NCBI GenBank assembly: GCA_041736805.1
Contig: JBGSSW010000016.1
Location: forward strand, 2,526-66,525
Length of the DNA stretch: 64,000 bases
Direction: 5' to 3'
Origin: Minisyncoccia bacterium
GTDB lineage: Bacteria; Patescibacteriota; Minisyncoccia; Phycocordibacterales; UBA918
Under the pieces are notes generated by a model, which had not been told where the DNA came from, did no database searches, and saw only the letters and a program-made list of their open reading frames with translations. A program made the position numbers and the translations under genes. Below are positions 17,639 through 27,118 of this stretch, piece after piece. The number at the start of each line of letters is the position of its first letter. Position 1 is the stretch's first letter.

Positions 17639-19219
17639 CTAAAACATTCTATTCATTAGATAGCAACCTTCATAATTTAGTCCATTGGGGTCAGGAATTA
17701 CTGGAGCAGAATAAACAATGATGCTATCAACGGGTTCATTCTGGATACTACCTACGCCATCAATTAAGTAACTAAGAAATCCGTTCATAATGGCCTTATC
17801 AGATGTATAGTAACAATCAGTTTGATTATAAGGAATAACCCGATTCGCAACAAAGGTATTTGTGTTCTTAACCAGGAAGTTGGCAAATTTAGTACCGAAG
17901 TTCGGAATTTTGGTAGTGAACGGTAAACGACTAAATAATGAAGTTATATTATCTATCAGTAACAGCGGATCTACCTTATCAAATAGTTTTGTTGCTTTTG
18001 GTAAGACAGTGCTGATATTAGTATTTGGGTCAGTAACTACATCATCTCTTGATGTGGTGGCGTAATATTCAAAAAGTATCTCGTATTCATCTATATATGT
18101 AATACTATTCTGTACATTATTACTAGTTGATTTCTGTTTGATAGACAAATTTACAGTTTCCCCCTGATTGGTGATAAAACTAACATCCCCAAAGTGATCG
18201 TTGGGCTTAACTATTATTTCATTAATAATCGAGTGTCTAGCGAAATTTTCAGCCATTTCTTCTGCTACTTTTGAACCACGAGTAATGTAGCCATCGCGAA
18301 CGGGATCTCTAGCTGAAATGAACATTAAATCTTTAATATCTCTTTCAAAAATCTTTTCTGAATTAGAAAGTTCTTTGGCTAAATCAATTCTTAAAGCTTC
18401 CATTTTTGCATTAAAGTCAGGCGCCTTGAGAACAGACTGTAGGATTATTTTTTTCACAGCTACACCGCTAGAGTAACTAAGTCTTATAGTAGCCTCATCA
18501 GTAGTAGTGGCAAAGGTTACGTCTATCCTATTTAAGTTAGCACGTTTTGCACTCTCTTTCAGGTTTTCTGAAACAGCAGGTGTGGGAGTGGTTGCTTTAG
18601 CTGGCGGTAGAGGAATAGGTCTAATTGACTTTTCAAGCTCGAGAATCTGAGTACTGATAGCAATAATCTGTTGTACTAAAACGATTTTTTGAGCTTCAAG
18701 TAAAGTTGGGGAATTTAAGACCGCTGTACTGACAGCTGCTATAGCGAGTTTAAGTTGATCAATTTGCGCCTGTGTCAAAGCAATTGCCGCAGCAGAAACT
18801 CCAGAAGAAGAACCTGAACATGCATTATTAACCCAACTTGAACCACCGACACAGAAAGTTTCGACTTCGAAAGTATCCAAATCAATACTACTTCCACTTG
18901 AGCGAAGGGAAAGTGTTGATTTACCATAACCAACTACAGAAGCAGGTTGGCCAATATTTGTACCAAAAGGAGGATATGGAGAAACGAAAGCATTTGGAGT
19001 AGTTACACCAGACTGGTAATTATATAAATCATAATTACCACTAAGACTTCCGCCGACAACAATATTACTAATTCGACAAGTTGATTGTCCAGCGTCAATA
19101 ATACAACCACTTGGTCCTGAAATTGTTGCGGCGGCTGCACTAGAAACGCTTGCAAAAAACATCAGTACAAAGAAAATAAAGGACGTTGAGATGAATTTAA
19201 TATACGAGGAAGAAGTCAT
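17639..19219 (-). CDS. secreted hypothetical protein (526 aa) with a signal peptide
   Basis: The N-terminal hydrophobic leader ends in an AAAA cleavage-like site. The mature part is Ser/Thr/Asn-rich. No recognisable catalytic motif. Confidence 0.5.
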   Translation of the reverse strand: MTSSSYIKFISTSFIFFVLMFFASVSSAAAATISGPSGCIIDAGQSTCRISNIVVGGSLSGNYDLYNYQSGVTTPNAFVSPYPPFGTNIGQPASVVGYGKSTLSLRSSGSSIDLDTFEVETFCVGGSSWVNNACSGSSSGVSAAAIALTQAQIDQLKLAIAAVSTAVLNSPTLLEAQKIVLVQQIIAISTQILELEKSIRPIPLPPAKATTPTPAVSENLKESAKRANLNRIDVTFATTTDEATIRLSYSSGVAVKKIILQSVLKAPDFNAKMEALRIDLAKELSNSEKIFERDIKDLMFISARDPVRDGYITRGSKVAEEMAENFARHSIINEIIVKPNDHFGDVSFITNQGETVNLSIKQKSTSNNVQNSITYIDEYEILFEYYATTSRDDVVTDPNTNISTVLPKATKLFDKVDPLLLIDNITSLFSRLPFTTKIPNFGTKFANFLVKNTNTFVANRVIPYNQTDCYYTSDKAIMNGFLSYLIDGVGSIQNEPVDSIIVYSAPVIPDPNGLNYEGCYLMNRMF

Positions 19220-19400
19220 AAAATTTTGGTTAATAATTAACTATAGCTAGATTATAACCTTAATTCTAAGAATTTATAAATTTTTTCCCCTAAATTTGGA
19301 GTTTAAATAATAAATAAACCCCAGGCTAGGGGTTTATTTATCCTTTTGTCACTATAATTAGTAGTTACCGGCGGCTAATCGAAGTGATCACTAGAAAATT

Positions 19401-20366
19401 CTAAGACTCATCATCTGCATCATCCTCATTATTGTCATCTTCTTCATTGTCTTCATTGTCTTCATCATCGATTTTATTTCTTTCCTTATATTCCTTTGCC
19501 AACTTTTCTAAGGCTGCTTGAGAAACTTTATACGCTTCTGTTGCATAATCATAAGCTGGACGTAGTTTATTTTTTTCTAGCTCATCTTCTGCTGAAATCA
19601 AAAGCCGTTTTGCCTTTGACAAGCTTTCATTTGCTTCACGCGTATTTCTAACTGTACTAGACGCTTTAATTTCCTTAATTTTATCCTCCAAATCGTCTAT
19701 TTTATCTTCAGCTTTTTTTATTGCTGAATTAACCGTTGAGGTAGAGGTTACTTTATTTGTTGTAGAAGTCGCTCTATCTTTATCCGATTTATCTTCTTTA
19801 CACAAGAAAGCCGAACCAGTTTTATCTTCACAGTCTAAATAGTTTTTACCATCTTTCTCTCTCCATCTTTCCAAGATTTTTTTACTTATGCCTGGGGCCT
19901 TTAGTAATCCAGGTGGAAGCTTACCTTCTTTCTTTTCTTTAAAATATTCTTGCATTAAGTCCTTTGTTGCCTCATCAATTTTACCAGTGACTGGTAAGTC
20001 ATGCCTTTTTTGGAAATTTTCAATAGCTTCTCTAGTCAGGGAGCCATAGTAACCACTCACTATCCCTCTTGGATATATCGATGGGTCGGTAGCAAGTAAT
20101 TCTTGTATCTTCCTTATATCGTCATTTTCCATTCCCTCTGCTAGACCACCCCTGATTTCCTCTCTTATTTCTCCCTTTATTTCAGCTAATTGTTTTTGTA
20201 AACTTTCGACTTGTTTCATCAAACTTTGTAGTAGTTCAAGTAGACCTGAGAGGTTCTCGCTTGTTTTCACACTAGTTGTGACAGCTGTCTCTGCTCTGAC
20301 AGTAGCTGGATAAACTGACAAGACGGCCAGTAAAACAAAAGTTAAGCCTAGAAAATAGTTCTTCAT
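19401..20366 (-). CDS. secreted protein with a peptidoglycan-binding domain (PG_binding_1-like) and a C-terminal poly-acidic tail
   Basis: A signal peptide and coiled-coil are followed by IRKIQELLATDPSIYPRGIVSGYYGSLTREAIENFQKRHDLPVTGKID, a PGBD-like sequence. The tail is DDEDNEDNEEDDNNEDDADDES. Confidence 0.6.
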   Translation of the reverse strand: MKNYFLGLTFVLLAVLSVYPATVRAETAVTTSVKTSENLSGLLELLQSLMKQVESLQKQLAEIKGEIREEIRGGLAEGMENDDIRKIQELLATDPSIYPRGIVSGYYGSLTREAIENFQKRHDLPVTGKIDEATKDLMQEYFKEKKEGKLPPGLLKAPGISKKILERWREKDGKNYLDCEDKTGSAFLCKEDKSDKDRATSTTNKVTSTSTVNSAIKKAEDKIDDLEDKIKEIKASSTVRNTREANESLSKAKRLLISAEDELEKNKLRPAYDYATEAYKVSQAALEKLAKEYKERNKIDDEDNEDNEEDDNNEDDADDES

Positions 20367-20423
20367 AATAATTATTAAACAAATAAAATCAGCCCAAAGC
20401 TGAACTATGAATAGTATAGCCTT

Positions 20424-22145
20424 TTATTTATTTAAATTTAAGCTTTTCCCATTCTCAAGTATGTACAAAGCTCTAACTAAGCGAATCATTAAATAATCAT
20501 ACTCCTCACCAGTCTCCTCATAAAGTGGGCGTAATTTCTCAAAACCATGTTTTTCAATGGCTTTTAAAATATTTTTTTGAATTTTTTTATCCCAGCTAGG
20601 TTCTTTTTCAAGAATTGATTTTAGTTCTGGTACTGAGACGCCCTTATTGTCTACCATTGTCTCGAGATGGCCAACAATAGTTGAGACTGTCAGCTGTCTA
20701 AGGGTTGCTACCATCTCAAGACTCTTTCCTTCTAGGAGTAGCGTCTTGGTTTCATGCTGAGTACTCTCCTTTTTAATACGTTCTGACGGTGATTTTTTGA
20801 GCTTTATTAAATCTTTTTCTGATGGTATTACCCCTCCATTGGCTTTAACAAATCTCTGGTGCATTTCTTCTATTTCACTTTTCTCCATTTCAGCTAAAGT
20901 TTCTTCAGCTGAATCAGAATCAGAAATAAACCGATTGTCTTGCGCAATTATTTTTGGATCAACCATTAGTGCGTTAGCGTTCATTCCCAAGACCTTCAGT
21001 CCAGCCAACGAACGAACCCGCGAGAGAGCTACATAGCCCTGACCATAAACAAAAGACTTAGACAAATCAACTTCAGCGGCATCAAGTGACATGCCTTGGC
21101 TTTTGTGCACAGTAATGGCCCAGGCCAATCGCAATGGTAACTGTTCGATTGAGGCTAGCGTCTTTCCCTCTTCAGACAATTCCCAACTAACCGGTTCAAT
21201 GGTAATTCTTCTTTTGTCAGCGGTCTCAATGATTGGATTACCTTCGTAACTATCAAAACCCACTACACGGGCTAAGGTACCATTTACATATCCAGCTTCA
21301 AAATTATTTTTTGTACACATCACCATTGCCTCCTCTTTCAAATATAAAATCTCTGGTGAGAGGCAATTGCGTTTAAGCGATTCGTGTAAAATTTTATTTC
21401 CTCGCGCAGACATTTGGTACGATTTTGAGACCCCTTTTAATTCCGCCAACTTAGCTGAGTTTACCGCATCAACGTCGGCATTGTGAGTATAGAGTCTAGT
21501 CGGTTCAATGTCTTCATACTCTATGTCTACTTGCTCGCTAAGCAGAGTATAGTGGTCTTCTTCAATTTCTCCTTTACGAATTGAGCCAAGCAAACTAAGG
21601 AGTAATTCATCTTCTTGTCGAAATTGCTCTGTGATGTAACAGACTAAAGGTCTCAAATGTTCCCAGGCACGAGATTCAAAGGCATAGCGCATCATATCTC
21701 CCTGCCTAGCGATTGGTGGTAGTTGGAAAAAATCTCCGACACACACCACCTGCATACCACCAAAAGCCTCAGCCGATTTTCTAATTGTTCGACAGATTAT
21801 ATCCACCATGTCGAGCATCTTTCCGTCCAACATTGATATTTCATCAATAATTAAGACATTGGTTTTCTTGATTCTCTTTACCAATCTTTCCTTGGTTACA
21901 ATTTGATCTAAATCATAAGCATTTAAAGTGTCTCTAGCGCCCACACCACTCCAGGAATGAATAGTTAGCCCTCCAATGTGCGTCGCAGCAATTCCGGTTG
22001 AAGCAGTGACCGCAACTGTCAGTCCGGCAGCTTCAAGCCACTGTATGTATTTATTAATGACGTAAGTTTTACCAGCTCCAGGCTCACCGGTTAGAAAAAC
22101 ATTGGCTCCAGTTTTTAAAATTGAAAGTGCGGTCTCTTGTGTCAT
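20424..22145 (-). CDS. PIF1/RecD-family ATP-dependent DNA helicase with a C-terminal HTH/helicase-associated domain
   Basis: Contains Walker A FLTGEPGAGKT and Walker B LIIDEISML, plus a UvrD_C-like region (WAITVHKSQGMSLD). The C-terminal roughly 100 aa resemble the PIF1 HTH domain. The ORF-track N-terminal 114 aa (22146-22487) appear to be a spurious extension, so the start was set at MTQETA. Confidence 0.75.
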   Translation of the reverse strand: MTQETALSILKTGANVFLTGEPGAGKTYVINKYIQWLEAAGLTVAVTASTGIAATHIGGLTIHSWSGVGARDTLNAYDLDQIVTKERLVKRIKKTNVLIIDEISMLDGKMLDMVDIICRTIRKSAEAFGGMQVVCVGDFFQLPPIARQGDMMRYAFESRAWEHLRPLVCYITEQFRQEDELLLSLLGSIRKGEIEEDHYTLLSEQVDIEYEDIEPTRLYTHNADVDAVNSAKLAELKGVSKSYQMSARGNKILHESLKRNCLSPEILYLKEEAMVMCTKNNFEAGYVNGTLARVVGFDSYEGNPIIETADKRRITIEPVSWELSEEGKTLASIEQLPLRLAWAITVHKSQGMSLDAAEVDLSKSFVYGQGYVALSRVRSLAGLKVLGMNANALMVDPKIIAQDNRFISDSDSAEETLAEMEKSEIEEMHQRFVKANGGVIPSEKDLIKLKKSPSERIKKESTQHETKTLLLEGKSLEMVATLRQLTVSTIVGHLETMVDNKGVSVPELKSILEKEPSWDKKIQKNILKAIEKHGFEKLRPLYEETGEEYDYLMIRLVRALYILENGKSLNLNK

Positions 22146-22437
22146 AGTTGGGAATAAGCCTAACACATTTTGCTGAGAATACTGTAAAATAGTAGTAATG
22201 AAAAATAGTTCCTCAGGCTCATTGGCAATTATAAACCTTGATAGCAAAACAAAAAAGAAGGTTATTTCTAGTACTATAAATAAGTCCAAAAAAGTGACTC
22301 TGACTAAAAAGGCCCCTCCAATTGCGCACAGACATTCAACTAAAAAAGCCAAGTCCTCCTCTTCCCAAAACCACGCCATCAAAATTACCCCACCAACAAT
22401 AAAAAGAAACCCCCTCGGGCATCTTCTAATTGAAAAA

Positions 22438-24096
22438 ATGTTTAGAGAAGCCGGTTTTCGCGGCGGAATTTCTAGCGATAAGCGCATCCTTGAAAAGTAC
22501 AGTACTGATGAAAGTATTTTTTCCGTTAGACCTCAAGTGGTTATTCAACCCAAAAATCGCCATGATATCGAAATTGCCGCTAAAGTAATAGCGCGTGAGA
22601 CAAAACGCTTTTCTTCTCTTTCACTTACTCCCAGAGCAGCCGGAACAGGACTTAGTGGTGGTTCTTTGACTGATTCAATTGTGGTTGATGTTTGCTCTCA
22701 CCTAAACAAGATTGGTGAAGTTTTAGTCAAAAAAGATGGAGTTATATTTAGTTGCGAACCCGGCGCGATGTGGCGAGATGTAGAAAAAAAACTTAAACAT
22801 TATGACGCCTACATTCCTTCTTATACTTCATCAAAAGATATTTGCTCTATCGGCGGTTCTATAGGCAACAATGCAGCAGGCCCTGACTCACTTCGTTATG
22901 GTCATTGTGCTGAGTGGGTTGAGTCTCTAGACGTCGTTTTAGCTGACGGTAATTCATACACCATAAAACCTCTTGATTACAAGGAATTTAAAAATTTAAT
23001 CAAACAAAAGAACGAGTACGCGCGAATCGCCCAAGCCATTTTTTCTTTAATTGAAAAGAACGAAAAGGAAATTCTTAAGAGTATGCCCAAGACCAAGAAA
23101 AATACTGCTGGATACGCTCTCTGGCACGTAATACCAGAAAGTGTCGCCGCTTTCAAAAAAGGAATTGGTGTTTTTGACCTCACTCGTTTAATTAATGGTA
23201 GTCAAGGTACGATTGGTATTATTACCAATATCAAGATGCGCGCAATTCCAATTCAACATGATACTACCCTGCTAGTTATTCCTATCTTTGATTTACAAGA
23301 GGCAGCCCAAGTCGTGACTCAGTCTTTAAAATTCAATCCCATTAATGTTGAAATATTTGACGCTTTAACTTTTGACCTCGCACTGAAAAACCCCGATTTC
23401 TTTAAAAAAAGACTTGACGGTATGGACTACTATAGAACCATGCTTAATATGTATACTACTTATCATATCCGTTATGGTCGAAAAACGCCGGAATTCACTA
23501 TTCTTGTTACTCTAGACAAAGAAACGACCGAGGAAACCTCTAAAGCCGATATTATTACGGCCATCAGCACTAAAAAAACTCGAGCTAGAGTTGTTACTAG
23601 TAAGATAGAGGCGGAAATGCTTTGGCAAATCAGAAGAGCTAGCTATACCCTTTCCAAATTCCAAGATGCCAACAAACGTCCTGCCGCTTTTCTCGAGGAT
23701 ATGACAGTACCGCCAGAAAACCTCTCTAAATTCTTTATTGAAATTAAAAAACTATTGAATGAATTTAATGTTACCTCAGCTGTACATGGCCATGGGGGCA
23801 ATGGTCATTTTCACTTTTATCCCCTACTTGATTTCACCAACAAAACTACGCCTGTTTTAGTTGAAAAAATGGCTGAAAAATTCTACAACACTGCGGTCAA
23901 GTACAAAGGCAATATCTGTGGTGAACACAACGACGGTATCATTCGCACCCCTCATCTTAATAAATTATTCAACAAGCACATGCTTGAGCTGTTTAAAATA
24001 ACTGAGCATATCTTTGACCCCGACGATATCTTCAATCCAGGCAAAAAAGTTAATCCGCGCTTTGATATCAAAACCACAATGCGTACCAGCAATTAA
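22438..24096 (+). CDS. FAD-binding oxidoreductase (GlcD/D-lactate dehydrogenase-like FAD-linked oxidase)
   Basis: An FAD_binding_4 (PCMH) pattern (RPQVVIQPKNRHDIEIAAKV...RAAGTGLSGGS) is present, with a C-terminal FAD-oxidase_C region (HGHGGNGHFHF). The start is ambiguous; a Lys-rich in-frame upstream stretch (22198-22437) may be translated. Confidence 0.7.
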   Translation: MFREAGFRGGISSDKRILEKYSTDESIFSVRPQVVIQPKNRHDIEIAAKVIARETKRFSSLSLTPRAAGTGLSGGSLTDSIVVDVCSHLNKIGEVLVKKDGVIFSCEPGAMWRDVEKKLKHYDAYIPSYTSSKDICSIGGSIGNNAAGPDSLRYGHCAEWVESLDVVLADGNSYTIKPLDYKEFKNLIKQKNEYARIAQAIFSLIEKNEKEILKSMPKTKKNTAGYALWHVIPESVAAFKKGIGVFDLTRLINGSQGTIGIITNIKMRAIPIQHDTTLLVIPIFDLQEAAQVVTQSLKFNPINVEIFDALTFDLALKNPDFFKKRLDGMDYYRTMLNMYTTYHIRYGRKTPEFTILVTLDKETTEETSKADIITAISTKKTRARVVTSKIEAEMLWQIRRASYTLSKFQDANKRPAAFLEDMTVPPENLSKFFIEIKKLLNEFNVTSAVHGHGGNGHFHFYPLLDFTNKTTPVLVEKMAEKFYNTAVKYKGNICGEHNDGIIRTPHLNKLFNKHMLELFKITEHIFDPDDIFNPGKKVNPRFDIKTTMRTSN

Positions 24097-24175
24097 GCTG
24101 TCCCCTCTTCACTTATTGGCTTTTTTCTGCTATAAATATGCCACTTGTTTTAGCGGTAATTCGCAAAACGAGTAC

Positions 24176-24247
24176 GGCCCTATCGTCTAGTGGTTAGGAC
24201 ACAAGGTTTTCATCCTTGAAGCCGGAGTTCGATTCTCCGTAGGGTCA
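24176..24247 (+). tRNA. tRNA-Glu (anticodon UUC)
   Basis: A manual cloverleaf was built: acceptor stem GGCCCTA/TAGGGTC, anticodon stem-loop CAAGG-TTTTCAT-CCTTG, T-arm CGGAG-TTCGATT-CTCCG. The 3' CCA is not encoded. Confidence 0.8.
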
Positions 24248-24260
24248 CAGATTTTTAAAG

Positions 24261-24283
24261 CTTGTTTTACAACACTATTTCCA
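24261..24283. repeat. left copy of an imperfect ~22-bp direct repeat (cttgttttacaaCACTATTTCCA); the right copy is at 25785-25806
   Basis: 21 of 23 positions match the right copy with one indel. It lies 14 nt downstream of the tRNA-Glu 3' end. Confidence 0.45.
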
Positions 24284-24301
24284 GCTACCCTAAGGAGATA
24301 T

Positions 24302-24757
24302 TTGAAGTGTTTGGAACCAAGAAACAGAAAGCCGCCCGAAGGTGACTTTCCTTGGACGGCACTTGGTGCAACACGCGATTCAGATCTTGCTTTCCCAATG
24401 GAACTTGAAGCCTTCCTTGACTACATCACTCACTGCCGGAACTGGCTGAAGGCCGAGCATCGGAAGGAGCACCTAACGCCACTGGGCAATCGAGCCATTT
24501 ACACCGTTGATTTCAATGGTGTCGGCATTGATATCGGTGATGTGGCCTATGGGATAGATTTCGACAGCCTCGTTGCAACATCCACACTTCACACGCAGAC
24601 TGGGCGAACTCCAACGATTCTTGGAGACCTGGCGACGAGCACGGCGAGTGATGCGCAGGTCGTGTTGACCACCGGATATTCTCTCGACTTTGGGCATGTT
24701 TGCTCCTGGTTAAGCCGTATAACGGCGGGACTTTGCAAACCAGACTATACTATCTAA
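24302..24757 (+). CDS. hypothetical protein (151 aa, TTG start with an AGGAG SD) in a GC-elevated segment
   Basis: An ORF with GC-rich codon usage atypical for the window. No homologue was recognised. Antisense ORFs of similar size exist, so whether it codes is uncertain. Confidence 0.3.
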   Translation: MKCLEPRNRKPPEGDFPWTALGATRDSDLAFPMELEAFLDYITHCRNWLKAEHRKEHLTPLGNRAIYTVDFNGVGIDIGDVAYGIDFDSLVATSTLHTQTGRTPTILGDLATSTASDAQVVLTTGYSLDFGHVCSWLSRITAGLCKPDYTI

Positions 24758-24854
24758 TCGAGGTTTTGTAAACTCATTCCGAACTCTTCCCATCCCTTCA
24801 TTTCCTTCACCAATTGGTTCCAACTTTGTCCCATTTGGGTCACAGAAATAAAAA

Positions 24855-24886
24855 ACACCCACAAGCAAATGCTTGTGGGTGTTTTC
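24855..24886. terminator. strong hairpin terminator (12-bp stem acacccacaagc/gcttgtgggtgt)
   Basis: A perfect stem encloses an aaat loop. The T-run is stronger on the minus-strand reading (ttttt attt). Confidence 0.5.
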
Positions 24887-24918
24887 CTGGCAGTTCCAGA
24901 GGACGTCACTCCGGAGAT

Positions 24919-24950
24919 AAAAACACTCATTCACTAATGAGTGTTTTTAT
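24919..24950 (+). terminator. rho-independent terminator (aaaacactcatt-cact-aatgagtgtttttat)
   Basis: A perfect 9-12-bp stem is followed by TTTTTAT. Confidence 0.5.
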
Positions 24951-25008
24951 GCTTGAATGGGTGAGGAACATAATTTGACACCCTAGAAGCAACAGCTGGA
25001 GATATAAA

Positions 25009-25719
25009 TTGATTACTAAATTTCTAGTTTCATTCCTTGAGGCAGCAAACCTCAAGCTTCATCAACTAATTGATAAAGCCAACTTGGTCTATCTACGTAT
25101 GATTGTTGACGTTCTTTTTTTTCGACCTTTTGTCTTAAAGAAATGTGATTTACAAGTTCACAACCGTGAGCGCCTGCCCAAAAAAGGTCCGGCGATACTA
25201 GTATCTACCCACAGCAGTCACATGGACGCTGGAGTGATACAAGCTCTCTTCCCTCTCATGATGTTGCCCTACATAAGACCGAGTGCGGCCAGAGACCACT
25301 TCACGAAAGGATTACTCTGGCATTTGTTTGCTAGAGGATTTATGAGATTACTTTTTGTTGACCGGGGCAGCGGCCAGTTAGCTAAGACTGGGGACATAGA
25401 TCCATTTGGGGAACTTCACATCCCGCTTGAGGCCGGTTTGATGATAATCATTTTCCCACAAGGAACAAGAAATCCAGATGCAGGATTTCGCTCGGGTATC
25501 GTGCACTTAGCTAAAAGCTATCCGCACGTACCCGTCATCCCTATCCTGCTACGCGGAACACATGATGTACTGCCACCAAAGGCCAAAAGCTTTAGGGCTG
25601 GCCCAATTGCTGTATATGTAGGTGAAAAATACACCTTCAACCAACACCAAACGGCGTCAGAAAACGCCCAGGCTCTAGAGGCCTACATCTATCTACTTGA
25701 CCAAGCAAAAAACCAATAA
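25009..25719 (+). CDS. plsC: 1-acyl-sn-glycerol-3-phosphate acyltransferase family protein (PlsC-like)
   Basis: Acyltransferase motif I VSTHSSHMDAG (HX4D) and motif III FPQGTR. TTG start with a GGAGA SD 8 nt upstream. Local GC is higher than the window average. Confidence 0.7.
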   Translation: MITKFLVSFLEAANLKLHQLIDKANLVYLRMIVDVLFFRPFVLKKCDLQVHNRERLPKKGPAILVSTHSSHMDAGVIQALFPLMMLPYIRPSAARDHFTKGLLWHLFARGFMRLLFVDRGSGQLAKTGDIDPFGELHIPLEAGLMIIIFPQGTRNPDAGFRSGIVHLAKSYPHVPVIPILLRGTHDVLPPKAKSFRAGPIAVYVGEKYTFNQHQTASENAQALEAYIYLLDQAKNQ

Positions 25720-25750
25720 CGCCAAAATTAAGTTGTAGATGAAGGGGCCC

Positions 25751-25780
25751 CGTAAGCAAGGGGCCTTTTATTATAAATTT
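25751..25780 (+). terminator. terminator hairpin GGCCCC-guaagcaa-GGGGCC followed by TTTTATT
   Basis: A 6-bp all-GC stem with an 8-nt loop, followed by a T-run, sits directly after the plsC-like stop. Confidence 0.45.
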
Positions 25781-25784
25781 AACA

Positions 25785-25806
25785 CTTGTTTTACAAACTG
25801 TTTCCA
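25785..25806. repeat. right copy of the ~22-bp direct repeat (cttgttttacaaACTGTTTCCA)
   Basis: Matches the left copy at 24261-24283. Together they bracket about 1.5 kb of GC-elevated DNA next to tRNA-Glu. Confidence 0.45.
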
Positions 25807-25960
25807 ATTCGGAGTACATAGAGTCGCAAACGGGACTATATAGTCCAATATCCCCAATTTAAAGCTTTGATATCTGACTAATATAAATAATAATGGTGAT
25901 GGTAGTTTTTTGTACCTAGACACAATCCTTTACTCGGTCACAAATGAAAAGGAAATTTGG

Positions 25961-26353
25961 ATGATTAAAGCTCTCGCAAGAATTATTCCCGGGGCACCAC
26001 CAAACTGCCAAGACCTCATCACCCCAAATGGAGTCGTTTACTACGCTGGCAATAGTCATTACATTTGGAATGAGGGTGGAAAACTTGGTGTCTACGATGA
26101 CTCTCTTAGAAAAAACGTTCTTCCCTTTGAATTTCAGCAAATGATGCTTATCAGCATTTATAGCGGAAAATTGCTTTGGATATGGCGCCCTGACGGCTTG
26201 TCAGGTGTCTATGACATTAAGACAAAACTCATCTTGGTTCCGATAGAATTTCGTCAGGTGAGAATGACTCCATCTAAGGACCTTTTTGATGTTGTACTTC
26301 CAAACGGACAAAAGAAGCATCTGAACATCTTCACTTACAAGCTCGAAGATTGA
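25961..26353 (+). CDS. hypothetical protein with WG-type repeats
   Basis: Start set at MIKALAR, which has an AAAGGA SD. Repeated WxxGGKxGVYD and WRPDGLSGVYD motifs are present. Confidence 0.4.
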   Translation: MIKALARIIPGAPPNCQDLITPNGVVYYAGNSHYIWNEGGKLGVYDDSLRKNVLPFEFQQMMLISIYSGKLLWIWRPDGLSGVYDIKTKLILVPIEFRQVRMTPSKDLFDVVLPNGQKKHLNIFTYKLED

Positions 26354-26383
26354 GTCAAGTAAAGATTAATATCCATTCTTTGG

Positions 26384-26420
26384 GGGCCGCATGATGCAAT
26401 CATGCGGCCCTTAGTTATTT
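26384..26420 (+). terminator. rho-independent terminator (gggccgcatgat-gcaa-tcatgcggccc followed by ttagttatttt)
   Basis: Perfect 11-bp stem. It sits between converging genes. Confidence 0.55.
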
Positions 26421-26422
26421 TC

Positions 26423-27118
26423 TTATTCAGTTATTTTTTCAATAATTTCAATCATCGGTTGTAGAAGGTATAGTTCAATGATTTTTTGATAGCCAGCTTT
26501 ATTGAAGTGAATACCATCAGGTAACTTATATGAAGAATTTAAAAAAACTTCGGCCGTAATAAACGGGAGTAGTAATATTTTTTCCGATTCAGAAATTTCG
26601 CTGTAAAGTGAATCAAATAACTGTTTGTATTTTAGACCAGCATTAATTGGGGCTTGCATTTTAAGTAAAACAATAACAGGCGGATTAATACCACTTTTAA
26701 GAATCGTAATTGTCTCTAGGATGTTTTTTTTGGTTTCTTCAACAGGTAGTAAACGCAGGGCGTCATTTCCTCCAATCCCCAAAAGCACCACATCTGGATT
26801 TTGTTTACGAATAAAGGTAGCTCTTTCTAGATTGCCTTTAGTTGTCTCACCGCTAACACCAGAATTTATAACTGTGACAGCCAACCCTTTAGCTTTTAGC
26901 GCTAATTCAAGCTGGGCTGGATAACTCTCTCCGGCGAGTAAACCATATCCAGCCGTTAAACTGTCCCCAAAAGCAATAATTTTAACAGTCCCTTCGATTT
27001 GGGGCTTTGATTTAATATCTGAAATGACTTGCTCGTTTCTACTTCCAGTAGACAAATACATCGCCAGTAAAAGCAGGAGAACCCCACCAATCAAAAAGTA
27101 TTTACTGATTGGTTTCAT
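26423..27118 (-). CDS. SGNH/GDSL hydrolase (TesA-like arylesterase/thioesterase) with a signal/TM anchor
   Basis: Block I FGDSLTAGYG, block III GIGGNDA and block V DGIHFN, giving the catalytic Ser/Asp/His. Confidence 0.8.
   Translation of the reverse strand: MKPISKYFLIGGVLLLLLAMYLSTGSRNEQVISDIKSKPQIEGTVKIIAFGDSLTAGYGLLAGESYPAQLELALKAKGLAVTVINSGVSGETTKGNLERATFIRKQNPDVVLLGIGGNDALRLLPVEETKKNILETITILKSGINPPVIVLLKMQAPINAGLKYKQLFDSLYSEISESEKILLLPFITAEVFLNSSYKLPDGIHFNKAGYQKIIELYLLQPMIEIIEKITE

Noticed and set aside
19317-19345. Hairpin aaacccc-aggctag-ggggttt as a terminator after the PG-binding protein gene
   Set aside because: The stem is only 4-5 bp and the loop is 7 nt. It is plausible but too weak to list as a confident terminator feature.
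22146-22487. 114-aa N-terminal extension of the helicase ORF, and the overlapping 80-aa Lys-rich N-terminal extension of the FAD-oxidoreductase ORF on the other strand
   Set aside because: The helicase homology begins at MTQETALSILKTGANVFLTGEPGAGKT. The upstream in-frame sequence is hydrophobic junk that overlaps the divergent gene. The region is better explained as a 290-nt A-rich divergent promoter region. The oxidoreductase start is left ambiguous.
24473-24934. Two minus-strand ORFs (74 aa each) in the GC-rich segment after tRNA-Glu
   Set aside because: One is fully antisense to the 151-aa + strand ORF. The other runs straight through two strong terminator hairpins. Neither has an SD sequence or a recognisable motif. 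High GC inflates ORF length on all frames.
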